Positions 39,138 to 48,732 of a DNA stretch of 64,000 bases are shown here, in pieces. A program made the position numbers and the translations under genes. The stretch's first letter is position 1. The number at the start of each line of letters is the position of its first letter. Source of the stretch: an uncultured Chloroflexota bacterium (GTDB lineage: Bacteria > Chloroflexota > Limnocylindria > Limnocylindrales > Limnocylindraceae). The stretch covers positions 26,587-90,586 of the forward strand of contig CAYSEM010000001.1 of NCBI GenBank assembly GCA_964430115.1, given 5' to 3'. The notes under the pieces were generated by a model that was not told the origin of the DNA, searched no databases, and worked only from the letters and a program-made list of their open reading frames with translations.

Positions 39138-41555
39138 CTAGAGGAGCGTCTCTGGATCCAAGTCAATGCTGACATCGCGCCCTCCGAGCGCCCGAACAAA
39201 CGGGAGCGGATCTGCAGCGCGCAGAATGAGGTTCTCCCTCCAACGCCCCGCGCGTTTCGGCACCCAGGCAGGGATCGGCCCAAGGAGACGCGCCCCGGAA
39301 CCCTCTGGAAGTTGGCCGCGCAACTTCTCCGCAACGGCAACCGCGCGCGTATGAGCAGCCGTTGCAGTAGCACCAGAGACGGTGATCTTCGCCGTGCGCA
39401 GGAAGGGGGCACCGCCAGCCCGTTCACGAAGGAGAACTTCGCGCCGACGCCACGCACTCACGTCACCGCCACGCGCAAGCTCTACCGCCGCCGCAATCGC
39501 AGGATCTTCCGGCCGATAGCTCTGCACCCATGCGGTCCCACCGCTCCCCCCTCGCCCCAAACGGCCACTCGCCTGCACGATCAGAGAGACGACCCGCTCC
39601 GCGGCGCGTTCGTCGGGGAGGAGGAGACCCGCGTCAGCAGAGGCGATCCCAACCAGCGCGAGGCGAGGGAGATCTAACGCCTTGGCCGCCAGTGCGGTAC
39701 CGATCAGCAGCTGGGTCTCACCCTTCCGGAAGGCGTCCAAGATGCGATCGCCTGCGCCGATGCTCGCCGTTGTGTCCGCGTCGAGTCGGCCGATGCGAAG
39801 CGACGGCAAGAGACGCTTCACTTCGCCCTCAAGGCGCTCTGTCCCACCGCCGATTGCACGAATCCTTGCACCGTTGCACGAGGGGCATCGCGTGAGTGGC
39901 TCCGCGACGAGCCCACACCCGTGACAGCGGAGCAACGATCCTGCGCTGTGCAAGACGAGTGGCCGTTCACACGAGGGGCATGATTGCGCCGCGCCACAGT
40001 CCCTGCAGAGCAGTGCCGATGCAAGGCCTCGCCGATTCATGATTAGAAGTGCCTGCTCCCCGTCACCCCAATCAAGCGCCTCAAGCGCTGCGAGGAGTGG
40101 TCGACTGATCATTGATTTCCAGCCGTCCTCAAGTTCGCGACGCATATCCACCACTTCGACGCGGATTACCGCGCTTCGATGCTCAAGCGTTACATGACGC
40201 CACTCTTGCTGCTTGGCCCGCGCAATGGTCTCAATGGATGGCGTCGCACTGATAAGTAGAACCGGTGCTGCCGCGAACGCACCGAGCATGATCCCTGCAT
40301 CGCGCGCATGGAGGCGTGGGGTGCGATCAGACTTGTAGGCCGCCTCATGCTCCTCATCAACGACGATTAGGCCAACTTCACGACTCAGCGCGCCCAACGC
40401 AACGCGAGTCCCCACCACGAGGTGCGGCCCGATCTCCTGCAGCCGGGCGTGAGCATCCAGCCGCTCACCTTGGCTTGCCCCTGAATGCACGAGTTCTGGC
40501 TCAACCCCTGTGATACTCCGAAGCACATCTGCAGCAAGTGCAACCTGCGTTGCCTCAGGGACGAGCCAGAGCACTGAACGTCCCGCAGAGAGCGTGCGCG
40601 ACGCGATCTCGGCCGCGAGACGACTCTTCCCAGATCCTGGCGCTCCGTCAATCAGCGTCACGCCATCAAGGTGCGGCTCGCTCAGGAGTGCGCGCTGTGT
40701 GGGGCTCCACTCGGAGACAGAGAGATCGCTGATGACGTTGTCGCGGCGATCAGCGTGACGTCGCTGGTGTCGTCGCATCACAATCTGCACGAGACCGAGG
40801 GCTGCAAGTCGACGGGCGGCGGGAAGCCCACCTGGGAGATCGCCTGCTCGTACCTCTCCATCGCCGCTGGCTTCGGCACGATCCAGCGCTGCCAGCAACT
40901 CGCGCTGGCGAAGTCCGAGGCGAGTACGGGCGTCTGGTAAGTCAGCGGCGCTGGTTCGTGATGCATACGCTTCTTCGATAAGGCGACCATGCACGGCGCT
41001 CAGCCTCCAACTTCGCTCAAGCCGACCATCGCGCTCACCACTCCGAATCAGTGCGAGGAGCGCGCTGCGCCCGCTCCCACGTGCTCCAGCAAGTCGGTCA
41101 ACCGATACCCATGTCTGGCTGATCCCTACACGCTCCTCTGCTTCACTTGGCGTCCCCACCGAGCGAATGGCAACCTCCACCTTGTCAAGGAGACCAGGCG
41201 GAAGGAGCGAACGAACTGTCAGTGCAAGCGGTGCGAGCCAGTGTGTGGCGATCGCCTCGGCGAGGCGCATGCCGAGCGATCCAATCAGGGGGTCGCCGCT
41301 TAGCTTCGCCTCCGCACGCTTTAGGGAGACGCCAGAGGGAGGCGGAAGTGCGCCAACGTTTGAGGTAACGATCCCGATCGCGCGCCGCCCACCAAATGGC
41401 ACGACAACCGCGTCTCCAATCTCAACTTCGCCATGTTCTGGGGGCAAATAATCGTAGAGCCGCTCCCCTTGAAGGCCAGGGAGGTCCACCGCAATGCGAA
41501 CGGTGTTCGGCGGATCACTGGGCCGCGCAGTTCGGGGCACGTCGCCCCCACTCAC
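39138..41555 (-). CDS. priA: primosomal protein N' (PriA helicase)
   Basis: 805 aa with the helicase motifs GAPGSGKS and DEEHEAAYK, and a Cys4-Cys4 zinc region CRDCG...CPSCERPLVLHSAGSLLRCHGCG. Confidence 0.92.
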   Translation of the reverse strand: MSGGDVPRTARPSDPPNTVRIAVDLPGLQGERLYDYLPPEHGEVEIGDAVVVPFGGRRAIGIVTSNVGALPPPSGVSLKRAEAKLSGDPLIGSLGMRLAEAIATHWLAPLALTVRSLLPPGLLDKVEVAIRSVGTPSEAEERVGISQTWVSVDRLAGARGSGRSALLALIRSGERDGRLERSWRLSAVHGRLIEEAYASRTSAADLPDARTRLGLRQRELLAALDRAEASGDGEVRAGDLPGGLPAARRLAALGLVQIVMRRHQRRHADRRDNVISDLSVSEWSPTQRALLSEPHLDGVTLIDGAPGSGKSRLAAEIASRTLSAGRSVLWLVPEATQVALAADVLRSITGVEPELVHSGASQGERLDAHARLQEIGPHLVVGTRVALGALSREVGLIVVDEEHEAAYKSDRTPRLHARDAGIMLGAFAAAPVLLISATPSIETIARAKQQEWRHVTLEHRSAVIRVEVVDMRRELEDGWKSMISRPLLAALEALDWGDGEQALLIMNRRGLASALLCRDCGAAQSCPSCERPLVLHSAGSLLRCHGCGLVAEPLTRCPSCNGARIRAIGGGTERLEGEVKRLLPSLRIGRLDADTTASIGAGDRILDAFRKGETQLLIGTALAAKALDLPRLALVGIASADAGLLLPDERAAERVVSLIVQASGRLGRGGSGGTAWVQSYRPEDPAIAAAVELARGGDVSAWRRREVLLRERAGGAPFLRTAKITVSGATATAAHTRAVAVAEKLRGQLPEGSGARLLGPIPAWVPKRAGRWRENLILRAADPLPFVRALGGRDVSIDLDPETLL

Positions 41556-42175
41556 ACGCTGATCCGACGCTCCGGATGCTTGGCACGTTCCGCGAGCACG
41601 ATCTTCTCAACCTGCGCGGCCGCCTCTTCCGGGTAGCCAGTCTCGTTGAGTACGAGGTAGTCATACTCTTTAGCGCGATCCATCTCCACGATCGCATTTC
41701 GCGCTCGGGTCACAAGATCTTCCGCCGACTCAGTTCCACGGCCCGCGAGTCGGGCAGCGAGTGCCTCAGGTGACGGTGGCGCAATGAAGATGAGGATCGC
41801 CTCGGGAATCTCTGCGCGAACGCTGCGCGCGCCTTGCACGTCGATCTTGAGGATCGCATCCTCGCCACGCTCCAGCGCCTCTCGAACCTCACTCCGAGGC
41901 GTGCCGTACGAGCGCCCATGAACCGTCGCTGACTCAAGCAGACCGCTCGCCTCGCGCAGGGCGGTGAAAGATTCGTCGGTGTGGAAGTGGTAGTGCACTC
42001 CGTTCATCTCACCCGATCGCGGCTCTCGAGTGGTACAGGTCACCACGTAGTGGAAGGTCTGACCGATCGGTCGGCGACGCAACTCGTTAATGATTGTGTC
42101 CTTGCCCACGCCACTGGGGCCTGAGATCACAATCACCTGCGCTCCTGCTGCGCCATCGCGACGCTGACCTGGCAT
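41552..42175 (-). CDS. gmk: guanylate kinase
   Basis: 207 aa with the ISGPSGVGKDTI P-loop. Confidence 0.93.
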   Translation of the reverse strand: MPGQRRDGAAGAQVIVISGPSGVGKDTIINELRRRPIGQTFHYVVTCTTREPRSGEMNGVHYHFHTDESFTALREASGLLESATVHGRSYGTPRSEVREALERGEDAILKIDVQGARSVRAEIPEAILIFIAPPSPEALAARLAGRGTESAEDLVTRARNAIVEMDRAKEYDYLVLNETGYPEEAAAQVEKIVLAERAKHPERRISV

Positions 42176-43119
42176 CAGCCCTCCGATCTCTCTCCGTGCA
42201 ACCGTAGCGTATCAAGAGGGAGCTGCAGATCCGAAGGGAGTGGCGCCTCAAGCCGCATCAGCCGCCCGTCGCGCGGATGGGTGAACGCGATCCGCCACGC
42301 ATGCAGGAAGAGCCTCGTCGTCCCTTCAGGTCCGCGTCGGCTCGTTCCGTTCCCGTACGTTGGGTCGCCCGCGATCGGATGACCAATCTCCGTCAAATGG
42401 ACGCGAATCTGGTGCGTTCGTCCGGTGATCAGATCCACTTCGAGCATCGTCCAGCCCGCGAATCGCTCACGCACTCGGTAGCCAGTTGTGGCCGAGCGAC
42501 CGCCTGCGACGACCGCCATCCGCTTTCGCTCCGATGGGTCACGACCGATTGGAGCCTCAATCCGTCCAACCTCCGCAGCAACGGGACCCTGCACGAGCGT
42601 GATGTAGGTCTTCTTGACACGTCGTGCCTTCAGTTGTGCCATGAGGCTCGACTGGGCTAGATCCCCTTTCGCCACGACCAGCAGGCCTGAGGTGTCTTTA
42701 TCAAGTCGATGAACGAGTCCAGGACGCGCAACCCCAGCAATGCCAGGAAGGTCCTCCACATGATGGAGGAGCGCGTTCACGAGTGTTCCGCTTGCATGCC
42801 CTGGAGCCGGGTGAACCACAAGCCCCGCAGGCTTGTCCACCACAAGGATGTCTTCGTCTTCATACACCACGCTGATCGGGATCTCTTCAGCCAAGAGCTG
42901 CGCATCAGCCACTGGCGGGATAGAGAGGTGGAGTGTGCCTCCTGGAATCAGCGTGCTGCTTGCACGAATCTCCACGCCATTCATGGTGAGCCGCCCTTCG
43001 CTGATCAAACGCTGGACGAACGAACGAGAGAACCCGCAACGATCTGCTACGAATCGATCCGCACGCTGTCGCGCCGCTTCAGGCGGGATCGGAAGATCAA
43101 TCTCTCGGGGGTCGCTCAT
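42175..43119 (-). CDS. rluD: RluA-family 23S rRNA pseudouridine synthase (RluD-like)
   Basis: 314 aa with an N-terminal S4 domain and the HRLDKDTSGLLVVAK catalytic motif. Confidence 0.88.
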   Translation of the reverse strand: MSDPREIDLPIPPEAARQRADRFVADRCGFSRSFVQRLISEGRLTMNGVEIRASSTLIPGGTLHLSIPPVADAQLLAEEIPISVVYEDEDILVVDKPAGLVVHPAPGHASGTLVNALLHHVEDLPGIAGVARPGLVHRLDKDTSGLLVVAKGDLAQSSLMAQLKARRVKKTYITLVQGPVAAEVGRIEAPIGRDPSERKRMAVVAGGRSATTGYRVRERFAGWTMLEVDLITGRTHQIRVHLTEIGHPIAGDPTYGNGTSRRGPEGTTRLFLHAWRIAFTHPRDGRLMRLEAPLPSDLQLPLDTLRLHGERSEG

Positions 43120-43595
43120 CGGTTCCTCCGATCACGTTCACGCGGCGAACGGAGTGCCGCGAGCAGCATGATCAAGATCCCGAAGGTAATTCCCATATCA
43201 GCCACATTAAAGGTCCAGAAGCGCGAGGAGCCAACCCCAAGGTCGATGAAGTCAAGCACGTAGCCCATCGTGATGCGATCGAGCAGATTCCCCAGCGCAC
43301 CACCGATCAAGAGCCCGGTTGCAAAGGTCAGCGCAGACGGTCGGCGTTCGCCCTCCCGCTCGTGCACCACCAAGAGTGCAACCACGACGCCGAGGCTCAA
43401 GAGTGCAAGGATCGGTGCGCTTCCTTGGAAGAGGCCGAAGAGACCGCCTCGGTTCTCACTGCGAATCAACTGCAGGGTGCTCCCAATGATCTCCCGCGGA
43501 GAGCCCTCACTTAGTAGATCAGGGAGCACCGATTTGCTGAACCGATCAAGCAGAAAGACGAGGCTCGCCACACCAACGACAAGTGCACGCCTCAT
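43116..43595 (-). CDS. lspA: lipoprotein signal peptidase II
   Basis: The start at MRRALVVGVASLVF... (ATG 43595) makes an ATGA overlap with the ileS stop; the six-frame ORF extends to 43661. The FNVADMGITFG motif and 4 TM segments are present. Confidence 0.88.
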   Translation of the reverse strand: MRRALVVGVASLVFLLDRFSKSVLPDLLSEGSPREIIGSTLQLIRSENRGGLFGLFQGSAPILALLSLGVVVALLVVHEREGERRPSALTFATGLLIGGALGNLLDRITMGYVLDFIDLGVGSSRFWTFNVADMGITFGILIMLLAALRSPRERDRRNR

Positions 43596-46500
43596 TCGGT
43601 CGCGCGGCGAATGAACAGTTCCGCGTCGCCTCCAGAGAGCGCCACGGTGGCGTGCTCCCACCCAGATAGTGGTGCTCCTCCATTCGCTGCGAAGAGGCAG
43701 CTGAGCGCGCCAACCGCGCCAACGATCTCTCCCCGATGGTGCTCCAGCTCGCTCGGGGCACCTCGAATCTCCATCTCCACGCGGTCTTCCCGTCGCAGCC
43801 CAGCACTCTTACGCGCCTCTTGCACGGCGCGGATCACCTCACGTGCATCACCTTCGACGATCAGTGCAGGCGTCAAACTCGTGTCAAGCTCCACAACCAG
43901 CCCGTCATCCTCAGCTACATGTTGACCCTCACGAGGGACCGCCTGAATCTCAATCTCATCGGCAGCAAGCTCAACCCCAGCAATAGCGACTGCACCGTTC
44001 GCAAGAAACTCAACCTGCCCGTCACGTGCCGCTTGCATCACAACCTGCGTCGATGCACCGAGTCGCTTCGCAACCTTCGGAAGGAGAACCTTGACGCGAC
44101 GCTCAAAGAGCCCAGACGCATCGTCAACGCGCTCAACGCTCTTCACGTTGAGCTCATCGGCGAGGATGTTCTGTAGGGCTTCTGCGTCGGCACCGCGCAC
44201 GCCAAGAACCACGCGGGCGCGAGCGAGAGGCTGGCGGGTCCGGATGCCTGCTGCACTGCGTACTGAACGGCCGAGCTCCGCGGCGCGAATGATCCGCTCC
44301 ATTGCTGACTCCAGTTCGCTGTCGCGCCATCCCGCACTCTCTTCAGTCGGCCAGTGCAGGAGGTGGATGCTGCCAGGTGCGCTCCCTGTGCGAATCGCCC
44401 CAGCGAGCGGGCGTGCCGCCCCGCCGACAACCTCGTGAATCCCCTCGGCGGCGGCGTTCCCTTTCGCCTGTTCGCTTCCTACCAAGTTGCGGTACAGCGA
44501 ATCGGTGAAGAACGGACTGATCGGCGCGGCAACCCGAAGCAGCGTGAGTAGTGCCTGATGCAACGTGTCGAAGGCGGCGTGCCTTTCGCGCTCTGGTGCG
44601 TCCGCAGCAAACTGATCTCGGGTGCGACGGAGGTACCAGGTAGAAAGCTCGTCAATCCCCTGTTCAAGGCGACGAACCGCAGCGTACCCGTCGTAGGCGC
44701 GCAACGAGGTCTCGACGCTGGAGGCGAGTTCCGCTGAGCGACTGAGAATCCAGCGATCCATCACGCTTCGCGACGAAGCAGGCACCTCAACCTCACCTGG
44801 CGTCCATCGGGCGGATCGCGCCTGTCCAACGAGGAACGCGTAAACGTTCCATAGAACGAGCAGGCGGCGGCGCGTCTCATCGGCTGCCTCCCAGCCGAAG
44901 AGCACGTTCTCCTCTGGCCGTGAGCCCACAAAGAGCCAGCGCATCACGTCCGCCCCCATGCGGTCGGCCGCCTCATCAAACTCAATGGAGTTCCCCCAGC
45001 TCTTGTGCATCGCCCGTCCATCAGCGCCCACGACAAGGCCGTAGCCGAAGATCGTCTTTGTCGGTTCGCGTGACGCCAGCACCGTAGACATGGCGAGGAG
45101 CGAATAGAACCAGTTGCGGAACTGTCCTGGGAAGCTCTCGGTGATGAAGTCGGCAGGGAACCAACGCTTCCAGTACTCAGGATCGTCGCGGTACCGCAAC
45201 GTTGAGAACGAGACGATTCCCGCATCGAGCCACGGGTTCCCCACGTCAGGGACGCGCGTCACCTTCTCTCCGCACCCGCTGCAGTCAATCTGCACCTCAT
45301 CGATATATGGGCGGTGCGCCGTGTGCCCCTCGAGCGCCGCAACCCCAGCGGTTGCGCGCCCCTCCAACTCTTTGCGTGAACTGAGCACTTCAACCTTGCC
45401 ACACGAGGCGCACTCGTAAATCGGCAGCGCGAGGCCCCAGTAACGCTTCTTGGAGATCATCCAGTCGCTCATGTTGCGCAACCAATCAAGTTCGCGCTCA
45501 TACCCGAACTCTGGAAGCCAAGTAATCCGGTCGACCACGGACATGATCTGATACCGCAGGCTCGCGTCAAACTCCTCCTTTGTGAGCTCGCTGCGTGGCT
45601 TGTCGTAGAGCGGCCCCATGCTGATGAACCACTCATCGACAAGCCGGAATACCAGTGGCGTCGCGCAACGCCAGCAGTGGGGATATCGGTGCGTGATCTT
45701 CTCGCGACGCAGCAGACTCTTCACGGCGGTGAGATGCGCGAACACGTCCTCTGTCACCTCATGCCACTCGCGTCCACTGAGGTCTCCGAAGCCGTCAAGG
45801 TAGAGGCCCGATTCATCAATTGGTGCGATCGCGGGGAGCCCCTCAGCAACACCGAGCTTGTGGTCATCGCTTCCGCATCCAGGAGCAATGTGCACGATGC
45901 AAGTCCCCTCTTCGGAGCCAACGTCTTCCCAACCGATCACTCGGTGAGCAGCTCCGTCAGCTCCGAGCCCTTCACGCACGGCGGGCAGGTCATCAAAAGG
46001 CGCACGGTACCTCCAGCCGATCAGCTCAGCCCCTTTTCGTGTTTCAAGAAGAACAGCGCGCGGGGCACCACCACCAAGGGTGGCGGTCCGACGCGATGCG
46101 CCAATCCATAGCTTGCGGCCATCAAACTCAACAAGTTCGTAATCGAGTGTGGGATGCACAGCGGCGGCAACATTCGCGGCTACCGTCCATGGCGTGGTCG
46201 TCCACGCGACGAGCTCTTCGCCTGGCCGATCCACAAGTGCCAACCCGAAATAGAGCGACGGATCTTCGCGGTCTGCATACCCCTCAGTCATCTCGTGCTG
46301 ACTGATCCCCGTTCCGCACCGGGCGCACCACGGCATGCTGTCGCTCCCCTTGTAGAGCCATCCGCGGGCATGACACGTTGCAAGGAAGGTCCAGATGAGG
46401 TCGTTGTTCTCGTCGGAGAACGTGAAGTACGAACCTCCAACCTCTGGGGTGCCGAGTCGCCCAATCAACTGCTCCACTGGGCCGCTGACAGGACCGTCCA

Positions 46501-47008
46501 CGCCAGCGATCGTGACTGGCGTGGCAGGACCCTCTGCGAGTGCATCACGAAGCTTCAGCAGCTCGGCTGGGTCATTCCAGTCCATCCACATGCCGAGCCG
46601 AATTGATTGCTCTGTCTGTCGCGCGGCATAGGTGAGGACGCGCTGCTTACAGAGGCTGATGAATTCAGCAAGCCCCTGCTCTTCAATCTGTCGCTTGCTG
46701 GTGTAGCCGAGCTCGCGCTCAACATTCACCTCAACCCAGAGTCCCTGGCAATCGAAGCCCTGCTGCCAGCGTAGTTCGTGGCCAAGTGAGGCGCGGAAGC
46801 GTTGGAAGAGGTCTTTGTACGTGCGGCCCCACGCATGGTGCACACCCATTGGGTTGTTCGCGGTGATGGGCCCGTCAAGGAACGACCAGGCCGGTCCGCC
46901 CGACGTCTGTGCGCGAAGACGTTCGAAGACGCCTTCCTCCCGCCAGCTGCGCAGCATCTCATGCTCAATGCTGACAAGGTCGGGTCGGGCGTCAACAGGA
47001 CGGAACAT
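43592..47008 (-). CDS. ileS: isoleucine--tRNA ligase (long, type-2-like form)
   Basis: Homology begins at MFRPVDARPDLVSIEHEMLRSW (ATG 47008). The protein is about 1138 aa with HIGH-region and KMSKS-type motifs (...KSWGNS...). The six-frame ORF start at 47209 is an artefact. Confidence 0.93.
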   Translation of the reverse strand: MFRPVDARPDLVSIEHEMLRSWREEGVFERLRAQTSGGPAWSFLDGPITANNPMGVHHAWGRTYKDLFQRFRASLGHELRWQQGFDCQGLWVEVNVERELGYTSKRQIEEQGLAEFISLCKQRVLTYAARQTEQSIRLGMWMDWNDPAELLKLRDALAEGPATPVTIAGVDGPVSGPVEQLIGRLGTPEVGGSYFTFSDENNDLIWTFLATCHARGWLYKGSDSMPWCARCGTGISQHEMTEGYADREDPSLYFGLALVDRPGEELVAWTTTPWTVAANVAAAVHPTLDYELVEFDGRKLWIGASRRTATLGGGAPRAVLLETRKGAELIGWRYRAPFDDLPAVREGLGADGAAHRVIGWEDVGSEEGTCIVHIAPGCGSDDHKLGVAEGLPAIAPIDESGLYLDGFGDLSGREWHEVTEDVFAHLTAVKSLLRREKITHRYPHCWRCATPLVFRLVDEWFISMGPLYDKPRSELTKEEFDASLRYQIMSVVDRITWLPEFGYERELDWLRNMSDWMISKKRYWGLALPIYECASCGKVEVLSSRKELEGRATAGVAALEGHTAHRPYIDEVQIDCSGCGEKVTRVPDVGNPWLDAGIVSFSTLRYRDDPEYWKRWFPADFITESFPGQFRNWFYSLLAMSTVLASREPTKTIFGYGLVVGADGRAMHKSWGNSIEFDEAADRMGADVMRWLFVGSRPEENVLFGWEAADETRRRLLVLWNVYAFLVGQARSARWTPGEVEVPASSRSVMDRWILSRSAELASSVETSLRAYDGYAAVRRLEQGIDELSTWYLRRTRDQFAADAPERERHAAFDTLHQALLTLLRVAAPISPFFTDSLYRNLVGSEQAKGNAAAEGIHEVVGGAARPLAGAIRTGSAPGSIHLLHWPTEESAGWRDSELESAMERIIRAAELGRSVRSAAGIRTRQPLARARVVLGVRGADAEALQNILADELNVKSVERVDDASGLFERRVKVLLPKVAKRLGASTQVVMQAARDGQVEFLANGAVAIAGVELAADEIEIQAVPREGQHVAEDDGLVVELDTSLTPALIVEGDAREVIRAVQEARKSAGLRREDRVEMEIRGAPSELEHHRGEIVGAVGALSCLFAANGGAPLSGWEHATVALSGGDAELFIRRATE

Positions 47009-47037
47009 GCTACGGAGCGTGCCACGCGCGTCCCTGC

Positions 47038-48732
47038 ATGGCAAACGGAGCGCCGACTCGCTCGCGGGTGAGGCGCTATCGTGCGAGGGTGAGCAGCGAC
47101 GATCGAACCCCAAAGAGCTCCGCGTTCGCAGCGGCCCTCTTCTCCGTCCTACTCCCTGGGCTCGGACAGGCCTATCAGCGTCGCTGGCGGGCTGCCCTAA
47201 GGTTCGCAACCCCGCTCTTCCTCCTCGCCGCAGGTTTCGCTGGCATCTACGTTGCTGACGGGCTGGCTGGGCTCCTCGGACTCCTCCTCTCGCCGCTTGG
47301 ACTAAGTGCGGCAGGGATCCTGAACATTCTCGCCGCCCTCTGGCGCGCTGCCGCTGCTACCGAAGCCTGGCGCGAGGGTCTCACCCGTGGCAGTGGCGTG
47401 CGCGCAACGCTCCTCTCGTCGATTGCCCTCGCAAGCACGCTCGCCGTTGGCCTCTCCATCCATCTACTCGTTGGAGGGTATGTGAGTACCGCATCCGCAC
47501 TCGTCGGTGGAATCTTCAGTGGCGCCGAGGAGGGTGACGGGCAAGGGGGAGCCACCCCACCAAGCTGGGACGGCACCGAACGCCTGAACGTACTCTTGAT
47601 TGGCGTCGACCAACGGCAAGGTGAAACAAGCTTTAACACGGACACGCTGATCGTTGCGAGTGTCGATCCCGTAAAGGGATCAGTGAGCATGTTCAGCATT
47701 CCGCGAGACACCGTGGATTTCCCAGTCCCAGCTAGCGCACAGGCCCTCTACGGTTCCACCTATAACAACAAGATTAACTCCTATTACAGTTCGGCGAAGG
47801 CGAACAGCGACACGTTCCCAAACGGACCCGCAGCCGCACTTCGCGAAATGCTCAGCGAGTTTTATGGCATCCGCATTGACTACTCCGTCATGGTTAACTT
47901 CAGTGGCTTCAAACAGATCGTAGATACCCTCGGCGGCATCCGTATCACCACGAAGAATCCCATTGTTGATGAGACGTATCCCGCCGGCGTCGGCTACTTG
48001 CGCCGCATCCGGATGCCGGTTGGAGTGCGGACCATGGATGGTCAAGAGGCGCTGATCTTTGCGCGTTCACGCCACGGCAGCTCCGACTTTGGACGTGCGG
48101 AGAGACAGCAACAGGTGATCGCCGCAGTCCGGGCGCAGACTGATGTGGAGGCAATTGCAGCGAATCTCCCCGCCCTTGCTTCCACACTTCAGGATGCGAT
48201 CAAGAGTGACTTCCCGCAAGGCGATCTCCCTCGCCTGCTCGAGCTGCTCGGCCGAGTGGACGCAAGCAACCTTAAGAGCATCGTCTTCGCTCCACCCGTC
48301 TACCAGACAGTCGGAGCGGACGAACGTGGGTACATTATCGTTCCAGACGTTGAGAAGATTCGCCGCGCGATCCTCGCTGCATTTGCCGCCGAGCCAACTC
48401 CTGACGAAGTAGAAGAGCAATCTGTTGAGCGCGAGGCGGCTCGCATCTGGGTGCTGAATGGAACGGGGCGGCCAGGCGAGGCGGGCGCATTTGCGGCTCG
48501 GTTGATCCGAGCCGGTCTTGAAGCGACGGCCCCAAGCGGGATCACGCCTCCAGAGATCGGCCTCCTGCAGACGCGACTGACCGTCTACAACGGAGCGGCG
48601 CTGCGTGTACCCGTCACGCTGGCTCTCATTGAAAGATTAATGGGTATCCGTGCGGTGGAAATAGATGACCCGTCGGTCACCGTTGATATTCAGATCATTA
48701 CGGGGGCGGACCTGTCGACGTTAAACGAGTAG
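47038..48732 (+). CDS. LytR-CpsA-Psr (LCP) family protein with multi-TM N-terminal region and C-terminal LytR_C-like domain
   Basis: 564 aa with about 4 hydrophobic helices in the first 150 aa, then the LCP core (RLNVLLIGVDQRQGE...TDTLIVASVDPVKGSVSMFSIPRDT). The stop abuts the ilvE stop (TAGCTA). Confidence 0.82.
   Translation: MANGAPTRSRVRRYRARVSSDDRTPKSSAFAAALFSVLLPGLGQAYQRRWRAALRFATPLFLLAAGFAGIYVADGLAGLLGLLLSPLGLSAAGILNILAALWRAAAATEAWREGLTRGSGVRATLLSSIALASTLAVGLSIHLLVGGYVSTASALVGGIFSGAEEGDGQGGATPPSWDGTERLNVLLIGVDQRQGETSFNTDTLIVASVDPVKGSVSMFSIPRDTVDFPVPASAQALYGSTYNNKINSYYSSAKANSDTFPNGPAAALREMLSEFYGIRIDYSVMVNFSGFKQIVDTLGGIRITTKNPIVDETYPAGVGYLRRIRMPVGVRTMDGQEALIFARSRHGSSDFGRAERQQQVIAAVRAQTDVEAIAANLPALASTLQDAIKSDFPQGDLPRLLELLGRVDASNLKSIVFAPPVYQTVGADERGYIIVPDVEKIRRAILAAFAAEPTPDEVEEQSVEREAARIWVLNGTGRPGEAGAFAARLIRAGLEATAPSGITPPEIGLLQTRLTVYNGAALRVPVTLALIERLMGIRAVEIDDPSVTVDIQIITGADLSTLNE

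Noticed and set aside
47009-47300. Possible T-box riboswitch leader upstream of ileS
   Set aside because: No T-box consensus (AAUUAGGGUGGNACCGCG, which would appear as CCACCC on the + strand) and no specifier or terminator-antiterminator arrangement. The ileS ATG is only 29 nt from the divergent LCP ORF.
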